A stretch of DNA of 64,000 bases from Chthoniobacter flavus (GTDB taxonomy: Bacteria > Verrucomicrobiota > Verrucomicrobiia > Chthoniobacterales > JACTMZ01). The stretch covers positions 7,847 through 71,846 of the forward strand of contig CAMBUL010000004.1 in assembly GCA_945871065.1 (NCBI GenBank). Reading direction: 5' to 3'. Made by a program: the position numbers and the translations under genes. The notes under the pieces were generated by a model. That model did not search any database. It worked only from the letters and a program-made list of their open reading frames with translations, and had not been told where the DNA came from. This document shows positions 20,368-29,703 of this stretch, piece by piece (within the stretch, counting starts at the first letter, position 1; each line of letters opens with the position of its first letter).

Positions 20368-21515
20368 AAATGCCGGGGAACGGCGCTCCTTATGACATCG
20401 CCTTCGCCGGCACAGGTCTCGCCGCCCTCAGCCTCGCGGTCCGCCTCGCCGCCCTGCCCCATCCACCACGCATGGTGCTGGTAGACCCTCGCCGTGAACC
20501 CGTCCGCGACCGGACTTGGTGCCACTGGCAACTCCACGAAACGCCTTTCGACTCCGCCATCACCCACCGCTGGCATCACTGGACCGTCCGGAACTCCACG
20601 GCAGGCACGGCCGCCCCGGCGGCCGCCCGCACGCCTTACGTGCGGATACCCGCCGACCAACTTCATCACCTCGCGATGGAAAAACTCGGCGCCTGCCCCG
20701 GGGCGGAATTCATCCGCGGCACTTCCGTCACTTCCATCGAGAATCACACCGACTATGCCGTCCTGCACCTGTCGGATGGACGGCGCCTCGCCTCCGACTG
20801 GGTCTTCGACAGCCGTCCGCCCGAACACCACCAGGCGCCCTGGCACCAGATCTTCCGCGGACTCGAATTGCATTCTCCCGAGGCCAGACTCGACACCGGC
20901 ACAGTGACCCTCATGGATTTCCAATCCGCCGGACCCGCCGGAGTCCGCTTCTTTTACGTTCTCCCTCTCGACGCGCACACCGCTTTGGTCGAAGACACCT
21001 GGCTCGTCCCCTCCGGCCAATCTCCGGATTTTTCCGACGCGGAGATCCTCGCTTATGCCGCGACCAATCTTGGGTCCGCCGCATGGCAAATCCGCCACCG
21101 GGAAGAAGGTCACCTCCCCATGGGCCTCTCCCCCTCTGCGCCCTCGGCCGCTAAGTCGAAAAATCGCGTCATCCTCTGGGGCACTCCTGCCGGTGCCATC
21201 CGTCCCTCCTCCGGCTACGCCTTCTCCCGCATCCAGCGCGCCAGCACTCGCATGGCGCAAGCTTGGAGAAAACACGGTCGGCCCGCAGCGCAAAGCGCCC
21301 ATGACTCCCCGCTTCTGGCCTGGATGGACCGGGTCTTCCTCCGCGCCATGACCCGCCGCCCCGAACGCGTCCCCGAATATTTCACCCGACTTTTCAACCG
21401 TGTCCCGCCCGACGCCCTTGTCCGCTTCCTTGAATCCGAGCCACGGCCCACCGACATTCTTCAAGTCATGAGCGTCCTGCCACCCGCCCCCTTCCTCGCC
21501 GCCGCGTTCCGATGA
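20364..21515 (+). CDS. crtY: Lycopene beta-cyclase (CrtY type)
   Basis: N-terminal dinucleotide fold YDIAFAGTGLAALSLAVRLA, about 383 aa, positioned between crtB and blh. Confidence 0.8.
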   Translation: MKMPGNGAPYDIAFAGTGLAALSLAVRLAALPHPPRMVLVDPRREPVRDRTWCHWQLHETPFDSAITHRWHHWTVRNSTAGTAAPAAARTPYVRIPADQLHHLAMEKLGACPGAEFIRGTSVTSIENHTDYAVLHLSDGRRLASDWVFDSRPPEHHQAPWHQIFRGLELHSPEARLDTGTVTLMDFQSAGPAGVRFFYVLPLDAHTALVEDTWLVPSGQSPDFSDAEILAYAATNLGSAAWQIRHREEGHLPMGLSPSAPSAAKSKNRVILWGTPAGAIRPSSGYAFSRIQRASTRMAQAWRKHGRPAAQSAHDSPLLAWMDRVFLRAMTRRPERVPEYFTRLFNRVPPDALVRFLESEPRPTDILQVMSVLPPAPFLAAAFR

Positions 21516-22474
21516 GCACGTGGTTTCCTGCATTCCGACGCCGCCACACTTGGGCCGTGGTCGTGCTCCTGACTCTGGCCCTTCTCGCCTCGCCGTTTCT
21601 TCCCGCCCTTCCGCTCTCCGCCCAACTGGCCCTCCTCGCCGTCGCCGTCGCCTTGTTCGGACTCCCGCACGGCGCCCTCGACCTCGCCCTCGTGCACGGA
21701 GCTTCCCGTGGATCATGGCGCGCCCTTGTCGCGGCAACCGGCGTTTACCTCGTGGTCTCCGCAGCCGTCCTTGCCGTCTGGCTCACCGCCCCGGTGGTGG
21801 CCCTCCTCGCCTTTCTCGCCATTGCCATCCTTCACTTCGGCCTTGGTGACACCGAGGATTTGCAAGGTCCGCAACGCGCCCTCGAGGTCGTCGCCCGCGG
21901 CGGCTTCGCCGGCATCGCCCCGCTCGCCTTCCACCCGCAAACCACCGGTGACCTCTTCGCCCTGCTTGTCGGACCGGCCGCGACCGCCCCTCTCGAGACC
22001 GCCCTTGCCTTCATCACCGCGCCCGCCACCTGGCTCTGGTTCGTGTGCCTCACCGCCGCCATACTTTGGCGACTGCTCCAACGCACTCCGGACTGGCTCA
22101 GCGCCGTGGCCGAACTCCTCCTCACCGCCACCGTCTTCGCCCTCTTTGCTCCGCTCACCGCCTTCCTCCTCTATTTCAGCTTCGTCCACTCGGTCCGCCA
22201 CATCGCCGACCTCGGGGCCGCCCGCTTCCCCGACTCGGCCATGCGCGCCCGTCGCTGGCTCCTGCTCGAAAGCTTCCCCTTCACCGCCGCAACCGTTCTC
22301 CTCGGTGGCATCGCCTGGTTCGCTTTCGCCCCCACCATCACCTTCGACCAGGCCATGATGCGCGTCATCTTCTGGGGCCTCAGCGCCTTGACCATGCCGC
22401 ATATGATTTTGACCGCCTGGTGGCACGGCCGTGGCGACCCGACGCCCGGTGATCTCTTCGCTCGCCATGTCTGA
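21512..22474 (+). CDS. blh: Brp/Blh-family beta-carotene 15,15'-dioxygenase (retinal synthesis)
   Basis: Polytopic membrane protein with four conserved His contexts: LPHGALD, ILHFGLGD, FVHSVRHI and TMPHMIL. There is a 4-nt overlap with crtY. Confidence 0.85.
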   Translation: MSTWFPAFRRRHTWAVVVLLTLALLASPFLPALPLSAQLALLAVAVALFGLPHGALDLALVHGASRGSWRALVAATGVYLVVSAAVLAVWLTAPVVALLAFLAIAILHFGLGDTEDLQGPQRALEVVARGGFAGIAPLAFHPQTTGDLFALLVGPAATAPLETALAFITAPATWLWFVCLTAAILWRLLQRTPDWLSAVAELLLTATVFALFAPLTAFLLYFSFVHSVRHIADLGAARFPDSAMRARRWLLLESFPFTAATVLLGGIAWFAFAPTITFDQAMMRVIFWGLSALTMPHMILTAWWHGRGDPTPGDLFARHV

Positions 22475-23168
22475 AGCCGTCCACGCCTTCTTCTCGCAAT
22501 GGGACATCTATCGTCTCTGCATCGAGCACAACACCCTCTTCCATCGCGAAGTCGGCAACATCCTGCACCGCGAACTGCAGGAGCAAACCGGGCCCTTCAC
22601 CTTACTTGACCTCGCCTGCGGCGATGCCGAGCTAACCGCGGCAGCCCTGCGGGGAACAAAGGTCGCCGCCTACACCGGGGTTGACTTCTCCGCGCCGGCC
22701 ATTGCCTTGGCCGCGGAAAAAACCGCCACGCTAGCCTGCCCGCGACGTTTTCAGGAACAGGACTTCACGCACTTCCTGCGCGACAACAAGGAAAAGTTCG
22801 ACCTCATCTATCTTGGACTCTCCCTGCACCACCTCGAGACCGCAACGAAGCGCGAGATGATGCAACACCTCCGCTGCGCCATGGCCGACGGCGGCTCATT
22901 TTATCTTTTTGAGCCCATCCTGCACGCCGGCGAATCGCGCGAAGGCTATACCGAGCGCTGGTCCGCAGCGATGAACGGCCCGTATGACCCCTTCCCACCT
23001 GCCGCCCGTGACGCCCTGCGGGAACATGTCCGCCAATCGGAACGACCGGAGTCCGCCGAAGAATATCTCGCGTTAGCACACGCCGCCGGCTTCCCCCGCG
23101 GCGATATTCTCTTCACCGACCCCGGAAATTTTTACTCCCTCTTCCGCTTCAAGGCCCGGGCGGCCTGA
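22467..23168 (+). CDS. Class I SAM-dependent methyltransferase
   Basis: SAM motif I LLDLACGDAEL, followed by DLIYLGLSLHHL. ATG 22467 overlaps the blh stop by 8 nt. Confidence 0.75.
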   Translation: MSEAVHAFFSQWDIYRLCIEHNTLFHREVGNILHRELQEQTGPFTLLDLACGDAELTAAALRGTKVAAYTGVDFSAPAIALAAEKTATLACPRRFQEQDFTHFLRDNKEKFDLIYLGLSLHHLETATKREMMQHLRCAMADGGSFYLFEPILHAGESREGYTERWSAAMNGPYDPFPPAARDALREHVRQSERPESAEEYLALAHAAGFPRGDILFTDPGNFYSLFRFKARAA

Positions 23169-23184
23169 CCGGCTGAGCAGGCCG
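23161..23184. terminator. Hairpin between convergent genes (possible bidirectional terminator)
   Basis: CGGCCTG (23161-23167) pairs with CAGGCCG (23178-23184) and is followed by GTTCTTCT. The T tract is weak. Confidence 0.3.
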
Positions 23185-23221
23185 GTTCTTCTCGCGAGGC
23201 AATTCGGAGCAGCGCCACATT

Positions 23222-26068
23222 CTACTGCGAAAGCAGTTGCTGGAATTCCGGCGTGCCGCGAAACATGGCATACATCGGGTCATTGGCCAGGGACGACTTG
23301 GCTTGGATCCCACCCAGTTGGATCGCACGGCGGGCCGACTCGAGGAACGAATTCATCTCGCGATTGGCGAATTCGAAGCGGGCCACAGCGAGCCAGACGC
23401 CGGCGTCGTTGGACATGACGGTGGCCAACCTTCGCGCCGGGCCGAGACCCGCCTGCCATTGGCCGTTGCTGTTGCTGAAGTCGACAGCGAACTTGAGGAA
23501 GTCCGGATTATCCCCGAAGGCTTGCGACGACTGCTCGAGCTGTTGGCGGGCCAAGTCAGGCTGTCCGGTCTCCACGTAGAGCCGCAGCAGGTTGGAAAGC
23601 ATTTCGGCATTTTGCGGGTTCGCCGCCATTTCCCGCTGCAGGGCGTCGATCTCGCGGTCTGCCTCGCGCAGTCGCGCGACCCGCTCCCGGGCCTTGCCCA
23701 CTCCGCGGTTGTTCGGATCGCCCTCGACGGCACGATCCCAAATCGCGGCCATCTCGTCCCAGCGCTTTTGCATTCGCAGGATGTCGCTCAGGGCGACAAG
23801 CGACTCCATGTTGTTCGGGTGCAATTGCAGGGCCTGACGATAGGCCCGCTCCGCCTCGGCCCACATCTGCCGTGCACGGTAAATGTTGCCCGTCGAATTG
23901 CGCAACTTGGAGAACGAACGCTTCGCGTCGAAATCCTCGTGGAAATTTTTGTCCGCCAGCAACCGCTCGACGTAATCGTTCCAGTAACGGAAATCCTCAG
24001 CCACAACTTCCGGGGGCAAGGTCTCCAGCGGTTCCTTGTTCAGCCGGTAGCTCAAACCGTTGGGCACCGCGTAAGGATAAGTCCACTCCATGGGGAAGCT
24101 TTCCTCGATGAAGAATTCCCGCTGGTCCTTGTTCTTCTCAAAAATCCACTGCGCGATGGCCGCATGGTAAAGGATGCCGATATTCGGGTCCTGCGGATTG
24201 GCCCCCGGCGGCAGGTTCATCGAGACGCCGCGCACAATCTCCATCAATTCCTGCTCGCTCGGCATGATCGTTTCGTCGACTGGATATTGCTCGTCGCGGC
24301 CCAGCCATTTTTCGAACCAACCTTTGGCTTTCGGGCGGCCGGGCGCATAGTGATCGTGGATGTATTTCTGATAGAACGCGTCGGCCAGTGCGTTCTGCGT
24401 GACAATGACCAGATCGCGACGGTCGAAGCCCGGATCCCGCCGGTCCTCCGGGTCGACGAAACTTTCGCCGAGAATCATGTAGGTCGGCACGAAGCGCCCC
24501 GGATCGGTGCCCCCGAAGACAAAGGCGTCTTTCGGCAAGTCCTTGAGCATATCGTGCCCGTAATGCCAGCCGAACCAGTGGTCGCGCTGGCTGCAGAGCG
24601 GGGCGTTGTGGATGCCAGTCCAGAGAGGCAGCAGAGGCAAAGCGTAGGCGGCATAGCGCAGCGCCGGACGCACGGAGATCAACCGCGCGACCACGTAGCC
24701 CGTGCCAGCCGCGCAGAGCAGGGAAAAAAGCAGGTAGGCGTAGCCGTGATAAGGAAATTGCAACGACCAAGAGTCGATCGTCGTCTCGGTGCGCTCCATG
24801 ATCGGCTGGAGGAAAGCCGAAAGGATGAAGCCGAAAAAGAGGAGATAAAGGAAGGTCCGCTGGTGCAAAGGGAGACGGAATACCGCCAAGACCGCGGCAA
24901 AAAATGCAGCGACGCCCCAAGGGGTGAAATTTTCCATCAGCTTGCGCCAATAAAAGTTGGTGAATTCACGCCCCAGCTGCAGGGTCGATACACGTTCCGG
25001 ATCCTCCGGTTGGGGAGGCTTCTCCGGGGCCGTGCCCATTCCTTTGCCCAGCGTCCGCACAATGAGATCCGACAGACTGCCCGCGTATTGCGTGCGGTTG
25101 ATCGAATAAAAGAACCCCTCCGGCGTGCTGGTGTAACCCCAATTCATCGGCGGATTGGTCGAGGAGGCAACGGGCATGTACGCGTAGGGGAGCAAGCCGA
25201 GGATGACCGCCACGGGCACGAGAAGGACGATTTTAAGGTCCGCGCGCCGCCACTTCAGCACTAACAGGATGATCAACCCGAGCATGGCGAAGTAGAAAAA
25301 CCGCATGGCCGTCGACCAGGTCGTGGCGTCTTTGGAAAGCCAGGCAAAACCGAGGTAGACTAACGAGGCGCTGAGCACCGAAGCCACCAGCACTTCCCAG
25401 AAGACCGACCGCCTGACCAGCAACGGGACGAGGAGCGGCAAGGGAGCCAGCGCGAGGGTCAGGTGGTGATTGCTCATGCCGAGCGAGAAGGAAAAAAATG
25501 CAGCGACGATCGGCCAGTCGGACTGCGGGCGCCGCACCCACCAGTAAAGCGAAGCGACAAACAATCCAATGAGCAGCCCGTGAAGTGTGTAGACCTCCGC
25601 AATGACCGCTTGCGTCCAGAACGAGAAGCTGAAGGCAAAAAGCAGCCCGAAAGACGCCGCGATGATAGAGGTCAAGAGCGGGGCAACCTTGAGCGGCGTC
25701 TGCGTGCCGCCCCACCACGGCATCATCCAGCGCAGCATACTCGCGGCAACCAGTGTGGTAACCCCGACTGCCAGCGCCCCGCAGAATCCGCTGAAAAGAT
25801 TGATCTCCCAAGCCGCGTTGCCGAGCGGAAGCAACTGGAAGAGCCAGGCAAGGATTGTCCAAAGAGGATACCCCGTGGGATGCGGCACGCCAAAGTGCTG
25901 CGCCGCCACAATGAACTCACCGGAGTCAAGGAGGCCGACGTTCGGCTGTGCCGTATAAAAATATACCACCCCACTGACCAAGGCGGCCGTCAGCGCAGCC
26001 CACCAGTCAGCGCGGATGAAAAGTGGTTGCCGCGGTTCGGTGTCCGGAGGTTCGGTTGCTTGGGCCAT
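23222..26068 (-). CDS. DUF2723-type (GT-C fold, TMEM260-like) membrane glycosyltransferase with C-terminal TPR repeats
   Basis: 948 aa. N-terminal YFYTAQPNVGLLDSGEFIVAAQHFGVPHPTGYPLWT, many TM helices, and a C-terminal TPR region (AERAYRQALQLHPNNMESLVALSDI...). Confidence 0.7.
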   Translation of the reverse strand: MAQATEPPDTEPRQPLFIRADWWAALTAALVSGVVYFYTAQPNVGLLDSGEFIVAAQHFGVPHPTGYPLWTILAWLFQLLPLGNAAWEINLFSGFCGALAVGVTTLVAASMLRWMMPWWGGTQTPLKVAPLLTSIIAASFGLLFAFSFSFWTQAVIAEVYTLHGLLIGLFVASLYWWVRRPQSDWPIVAAFFSFSLGMSNHHLTLALAPLPLLVPLLVRRSVFWEVLVASVLSASLVYLGFAWLSKDATTWSTAMRFFYFAMLGLIILLVLKWRRADLKIVLLVPVAVILGLLPYAYMPVASSTNPPMNWGYTSTPEGFFYSINRTQYAGSLSDLIVRTLGKGMGTAPEKPPQPEDPERVSTLQLGREFTNFYWRKLMENFTPWGVAAFFAAVLAVFRLPLHQRTFLYLLFFGFILSAFLQPIMERTETTIDSWSLQFPYHGYAYLLFSLLCAAGTGYVVARLISVRPALRYAAYALPLLPLWTGIHNAPLCSQRDHWFGWHYGHDMLKDLPKDAFVFGGTDPGRFVPTYMILGESFVDPEDRRDPGFDRRDLVIVTQNALADAFYQKYIHDHYAPGRPKAKGWFEKWLGRDEQYPVDETIMPSEQELMEIVRGVSMNLPPGANPQDPNIGILYHAAIAQWIFEKNKDQREFFIEESFPMEWTYPYAVPNGLSYRLNKEPLETLPPEVVAEDFRYWNDYVERLLADKNFHEDFDAKRSFSKLRNSTGNIYRARQMWAEAERAYRQALQLHPNNMESLVALSDILRMQKRWDEMAAIWDRAVEGDPNNRGVGKARERVARLREADREIDALQREMAANPQNAEMLSNLLRLYVETGQPDLARQQLEQSSQAFGDNPDFLKFAVDFSNSNGQWQAGLGPARRLATVMSNDAGVWLAVARFEFANREMNSFLESARRAIQLGGIQAKSSLANDPMYAMFRGTPEFQQLLSQ

Positions 26069-26200
26069 AACAAAGTGAAAGGGTGAGCAAACACGTTTCC
26101 GGCCCGCGACACAAGCCTTCCACCCCCCTTGTGGCGCGAGGCCTGCGGTCGCCGGACCCTTTTTCGCACGGGTCCCAAGTCGCCGCCGCCACCCACCCTC

Positions 26201-26752
26201 TTAACCGACCAAACCTTCGGCCATCTGATGCAATTCATCGGCCACCCTTTTTCGTTCCGCCGCATCCAAGCGGTCGATGAAAAGAATCCCGTCCAGATGA
26301 TCGACCTCGTGCTGTAGCGCACGGGACAACAGACCCTCGGCCTCGAAGTCGATGCTGTTTCCTTCCAGATCGGTTCCGCGCACCCGCACCGCCGCCGACC
26401 GTTCCACCTCGCCGTGCACACCGGGGATGCTCAAGCAGGCCTCGCTGCCGGATTCCGGCAGTCCGACCAACTCGAGTTCCGGATTCAGCAGCACCATGGG
26501 CATGTGCTTGTGCACCGGCCGCGACTTCCCGCCGATGCGCAAGACGCTGGGGCGCTTTTTCGCTTCGCGCGTGTCGATCACGACAATGCGACGAGCTACT
26601 CCGACCTGATTTCCGGCCAGACCACAACCTTCATGCGTATACATCGTCTCGAGCATATCGTCGGCCAGACGACGCAGGGCATCGTCGACGCCGGCAATCG
26701 GCTCGGCTTTGGCGCGCAGCACAGGGTGTCCCAATTTTGTGATCGCGAGCAT
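26201..26752 (-). CDS. def: Peptide deformylase
   Basis: Motifs GCGLAGNQVG, EACLSIPG and HEVDHLDG. Confidence 0.92.
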   Translation of the reverse strand: MLAITKLGHPVLRAKAEPIAGVDDALRRLADDMLETMYTHEGCGLAGNQVGVARRIVVIDTREAKKRPSVLRIGGKSRPVHKHMPMVLLNPELELVGLPESGSEACLSIPGVHGEVERSAAVRVRGTDLEGNSIDFEAEGLLSRALQHEVDHLDGILFIDRLDAAERKRVADELHQMAEGLVG

Positions 26753-26756
26753 GACC

Positions 26757-27185
26757 CTATTTTTCCCCTATTTCCGGCGGACGGGCAAATGCCGGGAGAT
26801 TGCGGATCCCCGCATCGCGGAGCGCATCAATGATCCGCACAATGACCCGGAAAGGGACCCCCTCGTCGGCCTGCAGCGCGATGCCGCGCTCCGGGTCGGC
26901 TTCGTTGGCCCGGCGCAATTCCACGGCCAGCGATTCCAAGGTCACCGGCTGCCCGTCGAGCTGCAATGTCTGCTCGTCTTTCACTTCGAGAAGGACCGGT
27001 TCCTCCTTGGTTTCGGCCGCCGCGGCGGATTTCGATTCGGGCAAGGCGATCTTCAGTTGCGGCTGGGACTTTTTGAAGGTCGTCGTGACAATGAAAAAGA
27101 TCAGGAGGATAGCCAGGATGTCGATCAGTGAAACAATGACCAGAACCGGGGCCCGCCGCTTCCTCGTGTAAAATCCCGCGCCCAC
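26757..27185 (-). CDS. exbD: ExbD/TolR biopolymer transport protein
   Basis: 142 aa with a single N-terminal TM (LVIVSLIDILAILLIFFIV) followed by a periplasmic domain. It is adjacent to exbB. Confidence 0.85.
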   Translation of the reverse strand: MGAGFYTRKRRAPVLVIVSLIDILAILLIFFIVTTTFKKSQPQLKIALPESKSAAAAETKEEPVLLEVKDEQTLQLDGQPVTLESLAVELRRANEADPERGIALQADEGVPFRVIVRIIDALRDAGIRNLPAFARPPEIGEK

Positions 27186-27191
27186 GGCCGT

Positions 27192-27824
27192 TTACTTGTG
27201 TTCGGGGTAGCACTTGGCCAAAAGGTCGGCCACCACCCCCTCCATGCTGACGGCCATGGTTTCGATCTTGCGCTGGAAATAGTTGTGCGCCACGAGGCTC
27301 GGGGCGGCCACGGCCAACCCGACGATTGTCGTGTTCAACGCCTCCGAGATACCGCGCGCCACCGCGACGGGGTCGCCCGCGGCGCTGCCGCCTCCGAGAT
27401 TGGCAAAGATACCGACCAACCCCGAAAGGGTCCCGAGAAGACCGAACAAAGGAGCCACACCGGTCGTCATTTCCAGCAAGGCCATCCCGCTTTCCATCCG
27501 CACCACTTCATGCCGCGCCCTGACGTGGACGGCCTCGATATTCTCCTGCCGCGGCCAGTTGAGGTGTCTTAGGCAAACCACCACGATGCGCCCGAGCGGC
27601 GAGTTGCTGCGTTGCGCCATGATCGTGAGGCGCTGCAAAGAGTCGCCGGGCTGCAGGCCGTCGACAGCCGATTCCACGTCCGGCGGCATAATCAAGCTCT
27701 CCCGCAGGGCGAAGCCGCGCAGAAGGATCACCGTGCCGGCCACAATGGAAAGAAGCAGCAGGAGCACCATGAAAAACCCGCCGCGCACAAAAAAATCCAA
27801 CGCTCCCTGCAATGTTTCGGTCAT
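27192..27824 (-). CDS. exbB: MotA/TolQ/ExbB proton channel
   Basis: MotA_ExbB-type C-terminal half (...GVAPLFGLLGTLSGLVGIF...ALNTTIVGLAVA). Start set at ATG 27824, 1 nt after the tonB stop. Confidence 0.85.
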   Translation of the reverse strand: MTETLQGALDFFVRGGFFMVLLLLLSIVAGTVILLRGFALRESLIMPPDVESAVDGLQPGDSLQRLTIMAQRSNSPLGRIVVVCLRHLNWPRQENIEAVHVRARHEVVRMESGMALLEMTTGVAPLFGLLGTLSGLVGIFANLGGGSAAGDPVAVARGISEALNTTIVGLAVAAPSLVAHNYFQRKIETMAVSMEGVVADLLAKCYPEHK

Positions 27825-27825
27825 G

Positions 27826-28782
27826 TCAATTGGTGATGATGCTGAATGTGTAGTCCATTTCGATTTGTCCACCCTTCAAGGTCGGCAAGATGTCCGGCGG
27901 GATCGGCGGGATATCGGCCGAGAGGATAGACTCGACCGTGACGATTTCAAAACTTTCGTTCGAAGTGTTTGTCATGATGCGCGGACGGCGAGCTTTGCCG
28001 TTGCGGTCGATGATGAAGACGACCGATACCGTTCCGTAGCTGAAGAGGTCCAGGCGCGAGCCGATATGAAGATACCAACTCGAACCAATGGCATCGCTGA
28101 TCGCTTTCCGGTAGCGCCCCAGCGGGGTGGACAGGGAGGCAACGGCGGACTTGCCGCGATTGCTCACGCTGCCGCTCAGACGGGTCGGACGCGCCTGCCG
28201 TTGGTATGACGGCCTTGACGGCGGCGGGGCGGGCGGAGGCTTTCGTTCGAGGGGTTCCTCTTTTTTTTCCGGCTGTGCACTGGCCAAAAGGGCGTCGGCT
28301 TCCACCGGTTCGGGTTTTTCTTCCTCGGGCCGGGTCTCTTGCCGTTCTTCGGGCTGCGGAGGCTCCGGCGGCGCCGGTTCCGCGGGAGGTGTCTCCGGAG
28401 CCGGTGGCGCCACGTCGACTTTGGCCAAAGCCAGTTCCTGCTGCTCCAGTTCGAGGAAATCCTGCTTCCGGCCGTCCTGCGAAGGCAAGGGCTCCGCACC
28501 CGCGGCCGCCTCGGGCGCAGCGGCCGCCGTGTCGCGGTCCGATTCAAAAAGAGCATCCTCCGGCGGCTTCGCCGCCTCGGGCGCCGAGGTGTCGACAAAT
28601 TGCGGTTTCTGCGGGGCCGGCGGGGGCTGGATAATGGTGATTTCGATTTCCTCCACCGGCTCGGGAGCCGGCTCCAGGCCGAGAATGGTGAACCAGGCCG
28701 CCGTGAGGATGATCAACAAGTGGGCCAGCAGCGAGAAAAGCAGCGCCCAGCCGGTGCGGCGGCGCAACTTTCGCCGTTCCAT
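27826..28782 (-). CDS. tonB: TonB-like energy transducer
   Basis: N-terminal anchor WALLFSLLAHLLIILTAAWF, a Pro/Glu-rich spacer (APPAPETPPAEPAPPEPPQPEE...) and a C-terminal TonB-like domain. Start at Met 28782; the longer listed ORF would overlap the glycosylase gene. Confidence 0.7.
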   Translation of the reverse strand: MERRKLRRRTGWALLFSLLAHLLIILTAAWFTILGLEPAPEPVEEIEITIIQPPPAPQKPQFVDTSAPEAAKPPEDALFESDRDTAAAAPEAAAGAEPLPSQDGRKQDFLELEQQELALAKVDVAPPAPETPPAEPAPPEPPQPEERQETRPEEEKPEPVEADALLASAQPEKKEEPLERKPPPAPPPSRPSYQRQARPTRLSGSVSNRGKSAVASLSTPLGRYRKAISDAIGSSWYLHIGSRLDLFSYGTVSVVFIIDRNGKARRPRIMTNTSNESFEIVTVESILSADIPPIPPDILPTLKGGQIEMDYTFSIITN

Positions 28783-28796
28783 GGTGCGCCTTCCGC

Positions 28797-29612
28797 TCAC
28801 CCGCGCGCCCTCCGTTGGGTCATGCGCGCATGATGAAAAAGATACTGCTGCGCGTAGCCGGCATGCGGGCCGAACCGGGACGCCAGCTTTTGTTCCAAAG
28901 CAAGCGGCGTCGGCTTCTTGCGCCCTCGCCAGTAGCTGCGGCGCATGATGCGCGCGATCCAGGTGTCGACCGGAAAGGCCGACAGGCGGCCGAAGCCGAA
29001 AAGCATGGCGCAGTTGGCCACCTTGCGCCCCACCCCAGGCAAGGTGCACAGCCGCTCGCGCAGGCCGCGGTCATCGAGAGCCTCCCACGCGGTCAAGTCG
29101 GCCTCGCCCGAAGCCACTCGCTGCGCTGTGGCCTGCAAGTTTTTCGCGCGATAGCCCAACCCGCAGGCCCGCAGCTCGTCTTCGGACGCGGCCGCCAGCC
29201 GTGATGCCTCCGGATACGCCTGCCATGCGGACCCCGGCACGGAGCGCCCGAACCGCTCGCGCAAGGCAAATGACATTTGCCGGATGTGGACGACTTGCTT
29301 CATGGACGAGGTAATAAAGGTGGCCAGACACTCCCAGGCCGGCTGGCGGAGTATCCGCAGCCCCCGGCAAAAGTCCAAGGCCTCAAGCATCGTCTCGTCC
29401 TGCGGAAAACCTGCGTAAACCTCCGCCAGATCGTGGTCCATCCCGAAATACCGTGCCACCAGCGGCCCGTCCCCGCGCACCACCTTGAGTTGTCCTTCCT
29501 CCCCGCGCACCGCCGTCAACTCGTCCCCGATCAAACCCTCCCAAAGCCCTTTTTCCGTCTCCGTCCAATGAAACACCTGCCCGCACTCCAACGTGGCGCG
29601 CAGATTGATCAT
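28797..29612 (-). CDS. HhH-GPD DNA glycosylase (8-oxoguanine glycosylase/AlkA-like)
   Basis: OGG-like N-terminus MINLRATLECGQVFHW and the HhH-GPD element LPGVGRKVANCAMLFGFGRLSAFPVDTW. Confidence 0.75.
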   Translation of the reverse strand: MINLRATLECGQVFHWTETEKGLWEGLIGDELTAVRGEEGQLKVVRGDGPLVARYFGMDHDLAEVYAGFPQDETMLEALDFCRGLRILRQPAWECLATFITSSMKQVVHIRQMSFALRERFGRSVPGSAWQAYPEASRLAAASEDELRACGLGYRAKNLQATAQRVASGEADLTAWEALDDRGLRERLCTLPGVGRKVANCAMLFGFGRLSAFPVDTWIARIMRRSYWRGRKKPTPLALEQKLASRFGPHAGYAQQYLFHHARMTQRRARG

Positions 29613-29703
29613 CGCCCCGGGGTGTCACCTTTCCGCCCGAAGACTGAGCCGAGGCTTGGCGAGACAGACCTTAGCCAAAACTGAAGCACGGAAAGCCCTC
29701 CCA

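Noticed and set aside
20172-21737. 521-aa minus-strand ORF across crtB/crtY/blh
   Set aside because: It spans three well-supported, translationally coupled plus-strand genes. It is Arg/Gly-rich with no motifs.
23237-25264. 675-aa plus-strand ORF
   Set aside because: It is antisense to the DUF2723/TPR membrane protein, which has a coherent TM and TPR architecture.
28783-29049. 89-codon upstream extension of the TonB-like ORF
   Set aside because: It would overlap the 3' end of the glycosylase gene. The Met at 28782 is followed directly by the basic stretch and membrane anchor expected for the TonB N-terminus.
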